Position numbers and translations under genes: made by a program. From NCBI GenBank assembly GCA_050230475.1, contig JBFLGF010000146.1, forward strand, positions 55,177 through 75,176: a DNA stretch of 20,000 bases, written 5' to 3'. Of this stretch, positions 1 through 10,809 are shown one piece after another. The notes under the pieces are model-generated. The model was given only the letters and a program-made list of their open reading frames with translations, did no database searches and was not told the origin of the DNA. Source of the stretch: Ancylonema sp. Lineage: Eukaryota. How positions within the stretch are numbered: position 1 is the stretch's first letter; every line of letters begins with the position of its first letter.

Positions 1-428
1 CAGCGGCATCGTAGGCAAAGAGATGGGATTGGAGCACACTAGTCTGGGGAGGGTTCGATGCCAGGTGGCACGTGGGGCTGAAGGCCACCTTCACCCCCTT
101 TTTGGCAAAACGATTTTGCGGGTTTCGGTTCAACACCACTATGCCAACCTCCCGGAGAAGGTATACCTTTTTAGACCACACGTGATGACAGAGAGAAGTG
201 GGGTCAATGTGAGTGTACGGATATCATCTTTGAGCGAAAAAAAAGGCACCCAATAATGGTGGAAGGCATACACGTGTGTGGTGCTGGTCGGCAAATATCC
301 AATTTCACATGTCAGAAGGCACGATTTTTTTTCGAAAGATTTCAAAAACATTGGGTTGTGTGAACATGATGAGGTAGAAATCCGCGAAATTGGGGATCTG
401 AAACCACACAGTCCCCACACAACAATGT

Positions 429-472
429 CCATCCCCCCATCCCCCCATCCCCCCATCCCCCCAACCCCACCC
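429..472. repeat. (ATCCCCCC)n C-rich repeat; G-quadruplex-capable on the - strand
   Basis: ccatccccccatccccccatccccccatccccccaaccccaccc. Confidence 0.9.
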
Positions 473-474
473 TA

Positions 475-1462
475 TCTTCCTCTGGGGAGATGAGTGCGGC
501 CCACTTCTCCCGCGCCATCACTTGAACCTAGAACGGCCACGACGGAATATTCCTAGACTCGACAGCCTCTATGAGGTCCCTTGCGGCGTAGTAGGGATAT
601 CGACTCCCGCGATCTCCGCCGCTTTTTCGTGACTCAAGTTTTTGATGCGCTGGTCGCTGCGGACGTGGAGCTTCACCCATACCGCGTTGTTGCGGAATTC
701 ATTATTACAATGTGTGGGAACCGTACCCGTGCATGTGGCGGAGGCCGTCAAGGAGGTGAGTTGATTAACCCCTGAGGCGGTTATGAGGCGGTTATGAGGC
801 GGTTGAGTACTGATACTTTGCAAAAAGCAGGAGGTGAGTTGAATGTCGGTTTGCTTTGGTCGGTTGTTCGAAAGTGAAGGGAATTCCGTACATCAGATAT
901 CAATGATATCCACAATCACGGAATTGATTCAGTGATGTTCTGTAACAGAACATCCTTTTGCAGGAGTTTGTATTTGTTTGTCTTTCTGCGCTTCAAATGA
1001 AGGGGAGGAAAGAAAGCTGAGGGAAGTAAGAGAGATGATGAAAGAGAGTGATGTCGGTTGCACCTGGTGCAGCGTTTCCAGGACAAGGGTCGGGAAGTCT
1101 CAGAAGGCGTTCGGATCTCTCAAATGTGTTTAGGGGTTCCTCCTCAGGCTGTGGATCAGGTCCGGAAATCGGATTCCGTTGTGCAATTTTTTTTAGGGCG
1201 TGCTGCTCCCGACCATGTCCGAATCGCCTTCCTTGGTGTAACAAATTGAGCATGCTTTGTCAACAAACCCGCTCTCTTTTGACACGTTGGAGAAGGAAGC
1301 GACGTGGGCGTCCCTTTGCTGACCTCGGAAACCATGGAGGCCCTGCAAAGGTCTGACGCATCCTTGTGGAAAGGAATCGACACTCGAAACACGTGTTTGA
1401 TGACGTGGAGCATTTGTGAAGAGAATAGGTCGAAGCCGTTGGCATGCATTGGTCGTTTGTAG
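475..1462 (+). pseudogene. Decayed two-exon coding remnant, unknown family
   Basis: Frame ~475-755 has one TGA and ends at the consensus donor AAGGAG|GTGAGT. Acceptor ttttgcag| at 963. Frame 1058-1462 is protein-like with two TGA stops. Confidence 0.3.
773..804. repeat. 11-bp tandem repeat (TGAGGCGGTTA) x3
   Basis: tgaggcggtta tgaggcggtta tgaggcggtt. Confidence 0.9.
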
Positions 1463-3134
1463 TGAGCTTGCTTATCCCAAAAAATGGAAATCGTACATCA
1501 ACCTAGTGTTGGAGCCGGCGATAGGGAGACTGGAGGGGAAATACAGCATGCAGACTTCCATTCATTGAGGACGAATATAGATGATGGATGGTGTATGTGC
1601 ATGATTGCACATCAAATCAAGCTTGGCTACCAGTCGAATTTTGAATAGCGAAATAGTTTTATGCTACATGGTGTCGTAGCAAAGCTATATCAGGGAATGA
1701 AACGAAGAAATTTCCAAGACATTTCCAAACTGTGAGCTGCATGCAGAATACAGAATACAGAATGGTGCTTTGCAGCAACATTGACTGTGTACACGACTGG
1801 ATCATAGACACATTTTAACTCAGGAATGAGAGAAATGCATTTCACATGTACGAATACGAATAGTGATGACAATGTTATGAGCGTGAGTCGGTTTCACGAT
1901 GATGATGTTGAGGCAGTTGTGACTAAAAAATATCACATCTGTTCTCGGTTGATAGGGGACGGATTTGACGAACACTGAAACGAAACAATACGAAACGAAC
2001 CAATTATTGAGAGCCACGTTTGACAGTGGACAGTTTCGGTATGCTTGTGTATGCAGCCTCAGACAGTTATCAGCAGAGATTCAGCACGATGTACACCACC
2101 TTTTCTTAGACACCCTCGCTTGCGATGACACTTTCACCTGGCAACAATGTTGACATAACTACATAACGATAACATACCTAGATACGATTGCACGCCTGTT
2201 GTTATCGTTAGACACCGGATGACCTCCGGAGATAAAGAATAGTGGCTTCCCATTTTCCCCACTCGCACTTCGCTGCCACCTACTGTTCCGCCAGTCTCAT
2301 GTGTAGATGCAGCGGATGTTAGGATAGAATGTTTCCGTATTTTTCGTGCCCGCGCAATTGACGCTGTAGCCGACTGGGTGCAATTCGGATCCTGGCCAAG
2401 ACATGAGCTGCGACAGGTGCTCCTTCCTGATGCTGCAAGGGGATGTACTGCTCTGAGTAAAGACAGCATACTTCGATAGAGTGAGGATTCGTTGGCGTGA
2501 TTTTTCTGACAATAATATCCTGGTGGTACCGGAAAAGAGTTGCAGAAGTTGGTCTTTCAGAATTTCCACGGTCTGAACGTGTTAGTGAAGGTCTGGAACA
2601 TATTATCATATTTCCAGTGTCTGTTTTGTGTATCTAGTGCATTGTGGGGGAGACCTGGCGATAGGCACGCAAGCGTCGCATCCATGGTCTACGTTTTCAA
2701 GCGAGAAATCGTGGGAGTCAACTTCAGGGCAGTGTGCTGAGATCTCACGTTGCCTTCGTCATGTCTGTCTGTATATGTGATAACTGTGTCGAGGAGGAGG
2801 TGATGCCCGGATGGTGATGCCGGATGGACACGTCAGGTGACACGTGGTGGCAATGCACGAGTCACGTACGGAGAAACTTCAATGTAAGTTGGTTGACTTG
2901 CATCGTACAGTTTTCCGTTGTAACAGGATGGGTATCCCGTTGTTCGGTTATTATTAACATCAGTTTCTATTTTTTCTTACAATTACGGTAATCATGGATT
3001 CGGACACGTAATTACGTGAGGGTAAGCCGGTTATTCAAATTTGAAAAAGTAAGACGTAAAATTTACGAATTACGCACCGTCATGTAAAACGTAGACGTCA
3101 CGTTCACAACCCTATCTGTATCAGGAACTTATTT

Positions 3135-4302
3135 TTGGCTGGTGTGAATGATCGGACGTCGCAGGATCTTATTGGCCAGAAAAACGTCTTCGAAGTGAAG
3201 TCTTCATCTGACTCCACTACGCGCTCAAATTCCGAAGCGGGAGCGCCAAATATTTCAGCAGAGAGGAATATTGAAGTAATTTCGCCACCAACCAGCGTAG
3301 CTCTCAAAAAAACCTCTTGGCGCCAAAAGCTGCACTCGCATCGTTGATCTGTCAGACATCGTTTGAATTTTAGATGCAGATCCTCCCAACTGTTCTACAG
3401 GGCTTGAAAACTCTGGGGAGGCAGTTTCCTTAAGGTAAGTCGGAAGAAGGTGAGGTGGTGTCTACCAAAGAGGATATAATGGACGCCGCGGAATCGAATG
3501 TCTCACCCGCTCCCAACGAAGTATCCATTCCTTTAGAGGTCCCACCCACAGGTGTGTATCTTTCCGTAATCTGCTGTGAGCCGTGCATTTCATATTCTCG
3601 CGGTATCTAGTATGATGAGGCAACAGTGAATCTGGAACGCCTTCTTCTTCGTCCATTCGCTTGCCTGTTGCGTGCAGTGTCGTTGTTGTGTCTGCTTGGT
3701 AATTCTTGCTACAGCCTTACAAGCTTTCGCCGCTTCACTTCCAAACTTTGCTCGCAGAAACTGCGGGGGCCCCGCCCGTAGAGGCTACGGCGGAAGCTAT
3801 CGCAGGAATAACTGAAGAGTCTCCTGCAGAAGCTGTTGATGCAACCGCCACTAACACGTCTGTTGTAAGTGCTCACTCACCCCGTGACCCTCCGTCTGTC
3901 ACTGCATACTTCGTGTAGGCATATCCATTTTAGCTGAGGGAGAGCTGGATTGAGACCCTAGTCTGTATGCCAGGAAGTGACATGTTGTGAAGAAAAACGG
4001 AACAATCACACTAAGCTTCTCTGGATCATGTTATATATAATGTCAGAAACTAATATAATGTCAGAAACATTACCCAGCACCTGGTAGTTCAAGGTACCCT
4101 GTGAGCATTCCTTGTCGATAGGAATCTCTGACAATTCTTGGTGAGCACGCTCCTCCCCTTACCTTCTTTTGAAGTTGAGCAGGAACGCGAATACTTTTTC
4201 CTGCCAGATCGCTGAAATCAAGTTTCTCTACAGCAGCGGTAGGTGGAAAACGTATGAGTGGTCTCTTGACACTATCTTCCATTATATTTCTTTTGTGATC
4301 AG
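3135..4302 (+). pseudogene. Decayed upstream exons probably belonging to the Tudor-domain gene
   Basis: Exon-like blocks bounded by splice signals (e.g. ~3758-3864 ETAGAPPVEATAE..SV|gtaagt; ~3919-4092 AYPF*LRESWIETLVCMPGSDML*RKTEQSH*ASLDHVIYNVRN). They carry premature stops, frameshifts and an 18-bp duplication at 4035-4068. Confidence 0.45.
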
Positions 4303-5210
4303 GAGAAGCCAGTAGCAGATGAAACCACCACAAGCCTAGACAAAGCTGGCAAACCAAAGCGACAGAGAGCCAAGGTAATCGCAGAAATCTGCAGCTGTGG
4401 CTGAGCAGAGGCCATCATCAGTGTGAGGAGTGTTGAACAGACACAAGGATCACGATCGTGCTGGGTCTCTGTTGTGTGTGTGCTTGTGATCAGACGGTGG
4501 ATGGTGAGCAGACTCCGACACGAGTGCAGGCGACGAGGGGGAAGAAAAACGGAGTCGCTGCTGGAGCTACCAACACGGAGGAGCCTACGAAAAACTCAGG
4601 GGGGAAACGGAAAAAGAAGGAAGAGGGAGAGGGAGAAGGAGAGGGAGAGTCTTCCAAGGATGAGCTAAAAAAGGATGCAGTGGGCAGGAATGTGCAGAAG
4701 CTGTTCGATGGCACCCTGTACTCAGGAGTGGTGAAGCGATACTGGCCCAAGGATGGGTTGTATGCGGTAAGGGGAACGCGTTGATTGCCATCCCATCGGT
4801 TGGCTTTCCCATCCCACCGGTTGGCATTGCCATCCCACAGGCTGGCTTTGCTAAGTTTGATTGATTCTGTTGCTGCTGGTACGTCTTGATGTCCAAAGTT
4901 TATATGGCGTGTGGATTTGCATGGTATTGAAAACATAACATGATGTCGATTCAGCTTTGTTAGTTCAGCAGGGCTGACGTTCATATCTTGTTATGCACCA
5001 GCTCGAGTGTACTTCATCGGGTTTGTGTTTCCTCGCTTGAATGTTCTTCAGGTCCGTTACGATGATGGGGACAAGGAGGACTTCCACTGGGGCGAGATCA
5101 AANAAAATATGTTTTGGAGATCTCCGACCTCATTCGTATTTGGATTGTGCTCCAACCCCGCTCGAGTTGATGATAATAAGTCCCCAAAGATCAAAACAAA
5201 TTGGATGTAA
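4303..5210 (+). CDS. 3' exons (4303-4374, 4494-4766, 5052-5210) of a gene for a K/E-rich protein with a C-terminal Tudor-like domain (plant PTM/DIR17-type)
   Basis: Two phase-0 GT-AG introns. The spliced product contains AVGRNVQKLFDGTLYSGVVKRYWPKDGLYA|VRYDDGDKEDFHWGEIK, matching the Tudor pattern VGR.V.K.F.G..Y.G.V..Y...LY.V.YDDGD.ED. One ambiguous base (n) at 5103. Confidence 0.75.
4784..4846. repeat. 21-bp tandem repeat x3 within the Tudor-gene intron
   Basis: attgccatcccatcggttggc / tttcccatcccaccggttggc / attgccatcccacaggctggc. Confidence 0.9.
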
Positions 5211-5339
5211 GAGCATAAAGGAATGTTTATAGAATAGTTGACCATGATTGTATCTTTTCAATTTGCACAGTTATTTGTTCATCAGAGTCGAAACTTGAAC
5301 GCGGGACCTCTTTGTTGATCACATAAGAGAGAATTGTGT

Positions 5340-6762
5340 TTTGTTGAAAAACGACGAGAACCCGATCTCATTACAAGAACGTGCCTGTATAGAAACTACA
5401 TACCCTGAAACCGACGAAAGTGTGAGCCGATCTTACTAGACAACACCAGCAACAATGCGCAGCCAAAAGAAAGTGGAGCGTGCGGTGGTGGGGGAGGTAA
5501 CAAGGCCACGGATTGCTCTAGTCGCATCGTTCCAACATGTCTCGCAAGTGCTAGCGACCGTTGCAATGCAGTCGACACTCTCTAACGGACTCATGTGCAT
5601 AACAAGCTAATAGAGGGCCCTGTTTGTGAAAGCCATCAAGATGTTCGATTCATGTGAATAGATGTTTATTGACAAATACACATACACAACTTTTATCAAA
5701 AATCTGATAGCGCGATGACTATCAATACATACTCAACACATACTTATATACTCATAAACACATACTCATGAACACAGCATGTGGACGGGGTTTCTTTCTC
5801 ATATAGCAAAGTGAATTCAAAAGTTCGGAAGAATGTCTCTATATTCGCCTAGTCAGAATTCTATGCGCTCTATAATTGTCCACCCTATCCGCCACAATAT
5901 AGCTACGTGGTCTTATCCAATTTATTGCCTTGGATATAGCAAACAGCTGATCTACACCACACACGTATCATGGCATGTGTGCTCACTCAATGCCACACGC
6001 CTACACACACAGCTGCAAGCCCAATCACGATCCCACAAAACCCGCCGCAAATCTGGTCAGTCAAATACGTGCCGACATTTGACCACGTTTAGTACAGTAT
6101 ATTTTCCAGCACATTCGCCAACTTCAATATACCCTCTAGAGGCACACATTTGATGCACTCCCACGAAACGAAAGAATACCCTGTCTAATTGGAAACTCGT
6201 TATCTATTTAAGGCGAATTTAACCCGCTCAACTCAACACTTGTCTAATACAAATTTGACATGTTGCACCCATTTCTCATACTGATCTTGCACACTCTCTA
6301 GATGCCACCGTTGCACATTCGACCATAAATCGATCCGACCCATCAAACAATGCACCGTATGTCTCAAGAGCGAAGGGCATAACATCAGTACCGCGTGCGC
6401 GATCTTGGTAGTGGGTTCCCTTTCTTCGCTCCGCATCTTTAGCAGCGACGAGATCCTGTCTAGTGGCACATTCCACCAAATTACGACGGGTAGGGTCCAC
6501 AACAGCAATGTCGACCAAAGTGTGCCCCGCCGTAGCATCCGAAATCACAATGTCCACACGCCCTCGAGGCCCCCTAGGTGCCGACAACGAAATGAAGCGC
6601 TCCTGGTGCGCGTGCTAACGTGACTCACGAATGATTTGGTAAACCGCATCGCGCACAGAGTCACGCGATGAAGTGCGCTCGCCACCGCTAGCACAGCGCA
6701 GAAGGCGAGTCCCCAAAGAATCCAAAGGGTGGCCACATGAGCACGCCACATCACATAAGTCT
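5340..6762 (-). mobile_element. 5'-truncated, decayed non-LTR retrotransposon of RLE type (CRE-like): CCHC knuckle + restriction-like endonuclease, split by a nested insert at 5623-6280
   Basis: One minus frame from 6762 to 6281 reads LCDVACSCGHPLDSLGTRLLRCASGGERTSSRDSVRD..*..GRVDIVISD..HTLVDIAVVDP..AAKDAERRK..Y..VMPFALETYGAL..ECARS. It resumes at ~5620 with GPSISLLCT*VR*RVSTALQRSLA. This matches the canonical RLE motif order (CCHC, RHD, PD..D, K..Y, PF..ET.G, S.ALQR). Ends are approximate. Confidence 0.88.
5623..6280. mobile_element. 658-bp non-coding nested insertion (solo-LTR-like or other small element)
   Basis: Interrupts the RLE frame at one point. CTG flanks both sides (5620-5622, 6281-6283) and removing the insert plus one CTG restores the frame. 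Imperfect inverted ends TGTTTGTGAAA / TTTCTCATACT; AATAAA on - strand near 5666. Confidence 0.7.
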
Positions 6763-8203
6763 TTCTTCGTACGCCTATACAAACCCACACATCTCTTGAC
6801 AATCCCCAACCCATATTTTTTAGTACATTTGATTATTTTCGTACCATGATTTTATTAGAAGTTGCGAGTATAACCTCTGGGTGTGTTATGTGTACCTTAA
6901 CATTTTGTCATTCCGCACCTGATGTTTGTGTGGACCGAATATTTATTTTCCGTAGTGAGTGCCGGTAATCAATGCGCCAGGTGACACATGTCAACAACCA
7001 GTGCCGGCACAATGTTGCGAGCACCAATTCTGTCGTTACCTTGTGCGCCACTCCGTCGAGTCCGTCGCCAGCAATCACGGAACAATTTACGGGCCCTTCT
7101 CTAGATTCCGTTGACAGGTAAATAACCGCCAGCAGCCGGAATATGCTGAGATTTGACTTGTGGAAAGTCCGTCCCCATTAAAGGGCTGTTGGCAAACCGC
7201 AGTCAGAGTATGAATCCGTCTTATTCTACACCACGTCCCAGTCCTTGGTACGTGTCATGAGGCATCGCCCTCTCCAACCCTCTCCTGAGTTCCTTCCTCA
7301 TTTGAACCTTGCCGCAACCTTACGTTTGTAGCCACGTCGAGTTCGTTGCAGTCGCGCCAAAACGTTGCAGGATGCCCGCATTCACAGACGAGTTCTCCAT
7401 GCTTCCGTTAGACCGGGTCTCGTCTCATGCACTGAGCAGTGTCGGGCATGAAAGCTTCTACAGAAGCGGAGTCACTTCCAACAGCAGTGGGGTGAGAAAC
7501 GACGTGCCTATTCAGGCTGCATTTAACGGGTCTCGCATGCTGACCAGTGAGAGGGCGACACGCGGCGCTCTTGGTGGGGAAGAATCGATGTATGAAGCGC
7601 GGGACGAGGCTACCACGTGGAAGCTGGAGCATTTGGAGATGCCGCTGAGGATGAATGGTGAGCCGTTATATATGCGATCCTGACTTGGAGGATGTCTCTG
7701 GAACAATAAATGGTTCGACCAATCAGAGTCCGGTCTCTCTACTTGCTCTCCTGTATTGTTTGGCACATCTTGACACGTGCGAAACTGGTAAGAGGGACTA
7801 GTGATTCCTCTTTCACGACGCCTTTAAGAAACCTGAATGTTTCATTCTGCATTTTTTATTTTCATATCCTTATAATGTTCTTCATTTTCTTCAAATCCTT
7901 TTTTTTTTTTCCCGTCCCCGCAAAATTGATCTGATGCAGTCTTGTGTGCGACCACCTCCTTAAGCTGGTCTGATAGTAAGCAAACTCAATTGCACTAGGC
8001 CACGTAGCATCTTGGAAGCTTATAGAGTGTCCAGGGCTACCTTCCATACAGCACTGAAGGTACTGTGGTCGAGTGGAGTACTGATTCCGTATTCCCACCA
8101 TCTTCCATGACAGCTGTCCACCGGCCCCTCCCACACCCTCCTGTCATGATGACACCCCGCTCCCAACTACGTTCTGACTGCAATTAGTGTCCATGTCATA
8201 CAG

Positions 8204-8518
8204 GTGGCGCGGGGACAACAAACGCCTTATCCATGCGTCAGAGAGCTTCAGAAGTGGATGAGGCTGACGCCACCAACCTCTACGTTCCCCTCTCCCCCCC
8301 CTCCTTCCTCCTCCTGCGCTCCCTCGAGGAAGAGCTAAGCAAGAGCAGTGCTGACGTGGCGCACCTCAAGGCGAGGATGGCTCGGTTCTGCAGCCGGCGT
8401 GGCGAGACAGCTGGCACCCAAGAAGGCTGCAGGGAAACCGGCGACGGAAGACTCGGCTTTTCTCCGCGGAACGAGAGGATGCAGGCGGTGGTTTCGCCTG
8501 CCACAATGCGGCCGCCAG
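8204..8518 (+). CDS. Probable exon of an unknown (possibly decayed) gene, short coiled-coil-like segment
   Basis: GC-rich open frame LLRSLEEELSKSSADVAHLKARMARF, bounded by tacag| and CAG|GTGGG. Confidence 0.35.
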
Positions 8519-8787
8519 GTGGGCCTGCCTGCTTTGTGACGTCACTGTTCCTTGGGTGCTGAGGTCATTCGATGAGGGTGGTGAATCAGAGAGAGGGGCT
8601 GAGTGGTTGTGGACCACATGTAAGGACAGTCGTGTCTGAAGATGAGTTCTGGATCTGATGGCAACCCCCACTCATGGGGGTGGTGAAGTAGAGTGGTGAA
8701 AGTGACCCCCCCCTCAGTCAAAATGTGAGAAGAAAACAATGATGATGGGTCCTGAGTGCTCAACGATATCGTGTCTGCCTGCCTCAT

Positions 8788-10519
8788 ATGGACAAGGGGT
8801 ACAAAGTCAACGTCAAAAATGTCAACCGAAAGCCAATCCAACTTCATGTCATCGCCATTCGTGAATCATCCGACGCAAATTCGCACATTCTCGAAAACAA
8901 ATCAGGAACCTCTCGCAGTCTTGCTATCTTGCAGACGCTACCAGACCTGCCTTGTAAGATGCACCCCTGGCAGTCTCTGACAGCGCCAGGTGTCGGTGTC
9001 TCAGGTCGCAACCGCCCGCCTCCCAAGGAGGTCGTGGAGGGGACACCTGGCGCTGTTTTGGTCCACAAAATCTGCCAGCTGTGCAGTCAGAGCTTTCAGG
9101 GGCCGAAACAGGTGATCAACCCACGGTAAGGCTCGTCGCAGTGCACCATAAGAGTCGTGCTCCTCCTCCCCCTCCTCCTTCTCATCTCCATCATCTCTCA
9201 ACTTCTCCTCTCTCCCTCCTTTCCCATCATCCTTCACAAATTGATGCTGCTCTCGCCACATCGAATGTCGACTCGCATCTCTCTCCTTCAGTCCGCAAAA
9301 CGTCCCTCCCATCCCAGAAACATTGCAGAGGAGTGCTGCAGGCCTGAACCTGAAACGAAACCTGACTCTGAATTTTGAGGCTGGACTTGAAACCCGCCCT
9401 TTCAGATTTGCGGCCCATGCGCGCTACTGCAAGCAGGGGCGAGAGAAGGCAGAGGGCGAATCAGGATCTCCCAATGCTAAGGTCCCTCGCATGGCCGATG
9501 ACGCACCGGATACCCCCAAGGACAGACTCGCCCCTCCCGCTTCCTCCCCCTCACCAGATCCACCTTCCCCAGAACGACCCATCGCCCACTTAGAGTCGGG
9601 TGCCCGATCCACACACCGTTGCTTGTCTGAGTCAGCAAAGAAGATGCTCTTCGATGACGTGGCAGAAGAGGTGGACTGTCATCTCCTTTCACCGGAAGGG
9701 GTGACACGTGTCAATTCTACATTGGAGGCTCATTCCGATGGGCCAATGGGAGAGAGGGAGGCAGAAATGGTAGACGACATCTTTGGTGTGGGGCAGAAAT
9801 TGGCACCCCCCGCTCCCAATCCACGCCCACCTTCTGTTTTCGCCCACTGCCCTCCCTGCATGGGGGCAGAACAGGGGGGGCAGGGGGGCGGTAGTTCTGC
9901 GTTGCACACATGTGGGGAGGTGGATTCAGCCGTATCCGATGACAGAATTCACGTGTGGCAGGGTGGAGGCGATGCAGAAACGGCCGCTTTTTGGCAGAAT
10001 AGCGAGGATGGGAGTGGTTCAGGGGACCGAGACGTCAGCCTCACCAATGGCACCGACCCCCCACGCTCTTTTCTTGGGGGCGGGGGGATGGGGACATCGG
10101 CAGTGGAGGTTGGGAGCATGATCGTCGGTTTGAACGAGGGTCGCACGTATCTTTCTCCCATGCCTCTGAATGTGGTCGGTGCGGAAGCTTCCGGGAAACC
10201 TGTGCACTCGTCTGTGACAACTCCACTTCTCCCACCGTCACCCACCCTCCTGGAGGCGCCCTGGGACATCCTGACAGAGGATTCTGGGAATGTCGAAAGT
10301 ATTTCTCAAACTTATCGTCTTATGGCTGACAGCCAGCCGCACCCCACCCACTCCTACCATACCGACCTCGTCACCGGCCCCTCCCAGTCGCCGATTTCCG
10401 CCAAGATGAGGCGTGAAAGCAGGATCGGGAAGAAGTCGGTGGATAATGCGGTGCTCAAATTCGACCACTCTGATTCTGATCTGGAGGTTGCAGTCCGAGT
10501 AGGGCTGGGAGTGCGGTAG
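8788..10519 (+). CDS. Hypothetical protein, last two exons (~8788-9125, 9292-10519): possible CxxC..HxxxC Zn site followed by a long disordered S/P/G/D-rich tail; 5' part decayed
   Basis: 398-codon ORF. Donor CG|GTAAG at 9126 and acceptor ctctccttcag| at 9291 are phase-compatible, giving KICQLCSQSF..INPR|PQNVPP..RFAAHARYC. No family recognised. Confidence 0.55.
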
Positions 10520-10809
10520 GGTATGATGGGATGGATGGGGATGGTAGGAATTTGGGGAGGGGGGATATATATTATTATTTCCCAGGGGATGCATCCGGAT
10601 TCGGGGCAAGGATGGTAAATACAAAAACATTTTGTCACGTTTTACGTCTTCGGTGTTATAAGAGTTGTGTTGGATACAATTTTACATAAAGATATGAGAG
10701 ACGGTTGGGAGGGTAAAACACTTTCGTGTTATTGGCTTCAAAAAAAATCGACCGCTCATTCTATTTGTGTTGCATCGACATGACATCACAACTTTTCGCT
10801 ATCTAGCTC

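Noticed and set aside
429..472. C-rich repeat as an interstitial telomere
   Set aside because: The unit ATCCCCCC does not match CCCTAAA/CCCTAA-type telomere repeats.
4490..4984. 164-aa minus-strand ORF with ANRWDG repeats
   Set aside because: Antisense shadow of the Tudor exon plus the 21-bp intronic repeat.
5622..6281. The nested insert reads GTATGA...ACAG on the - strand, like a spliceosomal intron in the retrotransposon ORF
   Set aside because: Splicing at these sites gives TCA GGC CCT, one base short of TCA GGG CCC, which shifts the RLE frame. An insertion with a 3-bp duplication fits better.
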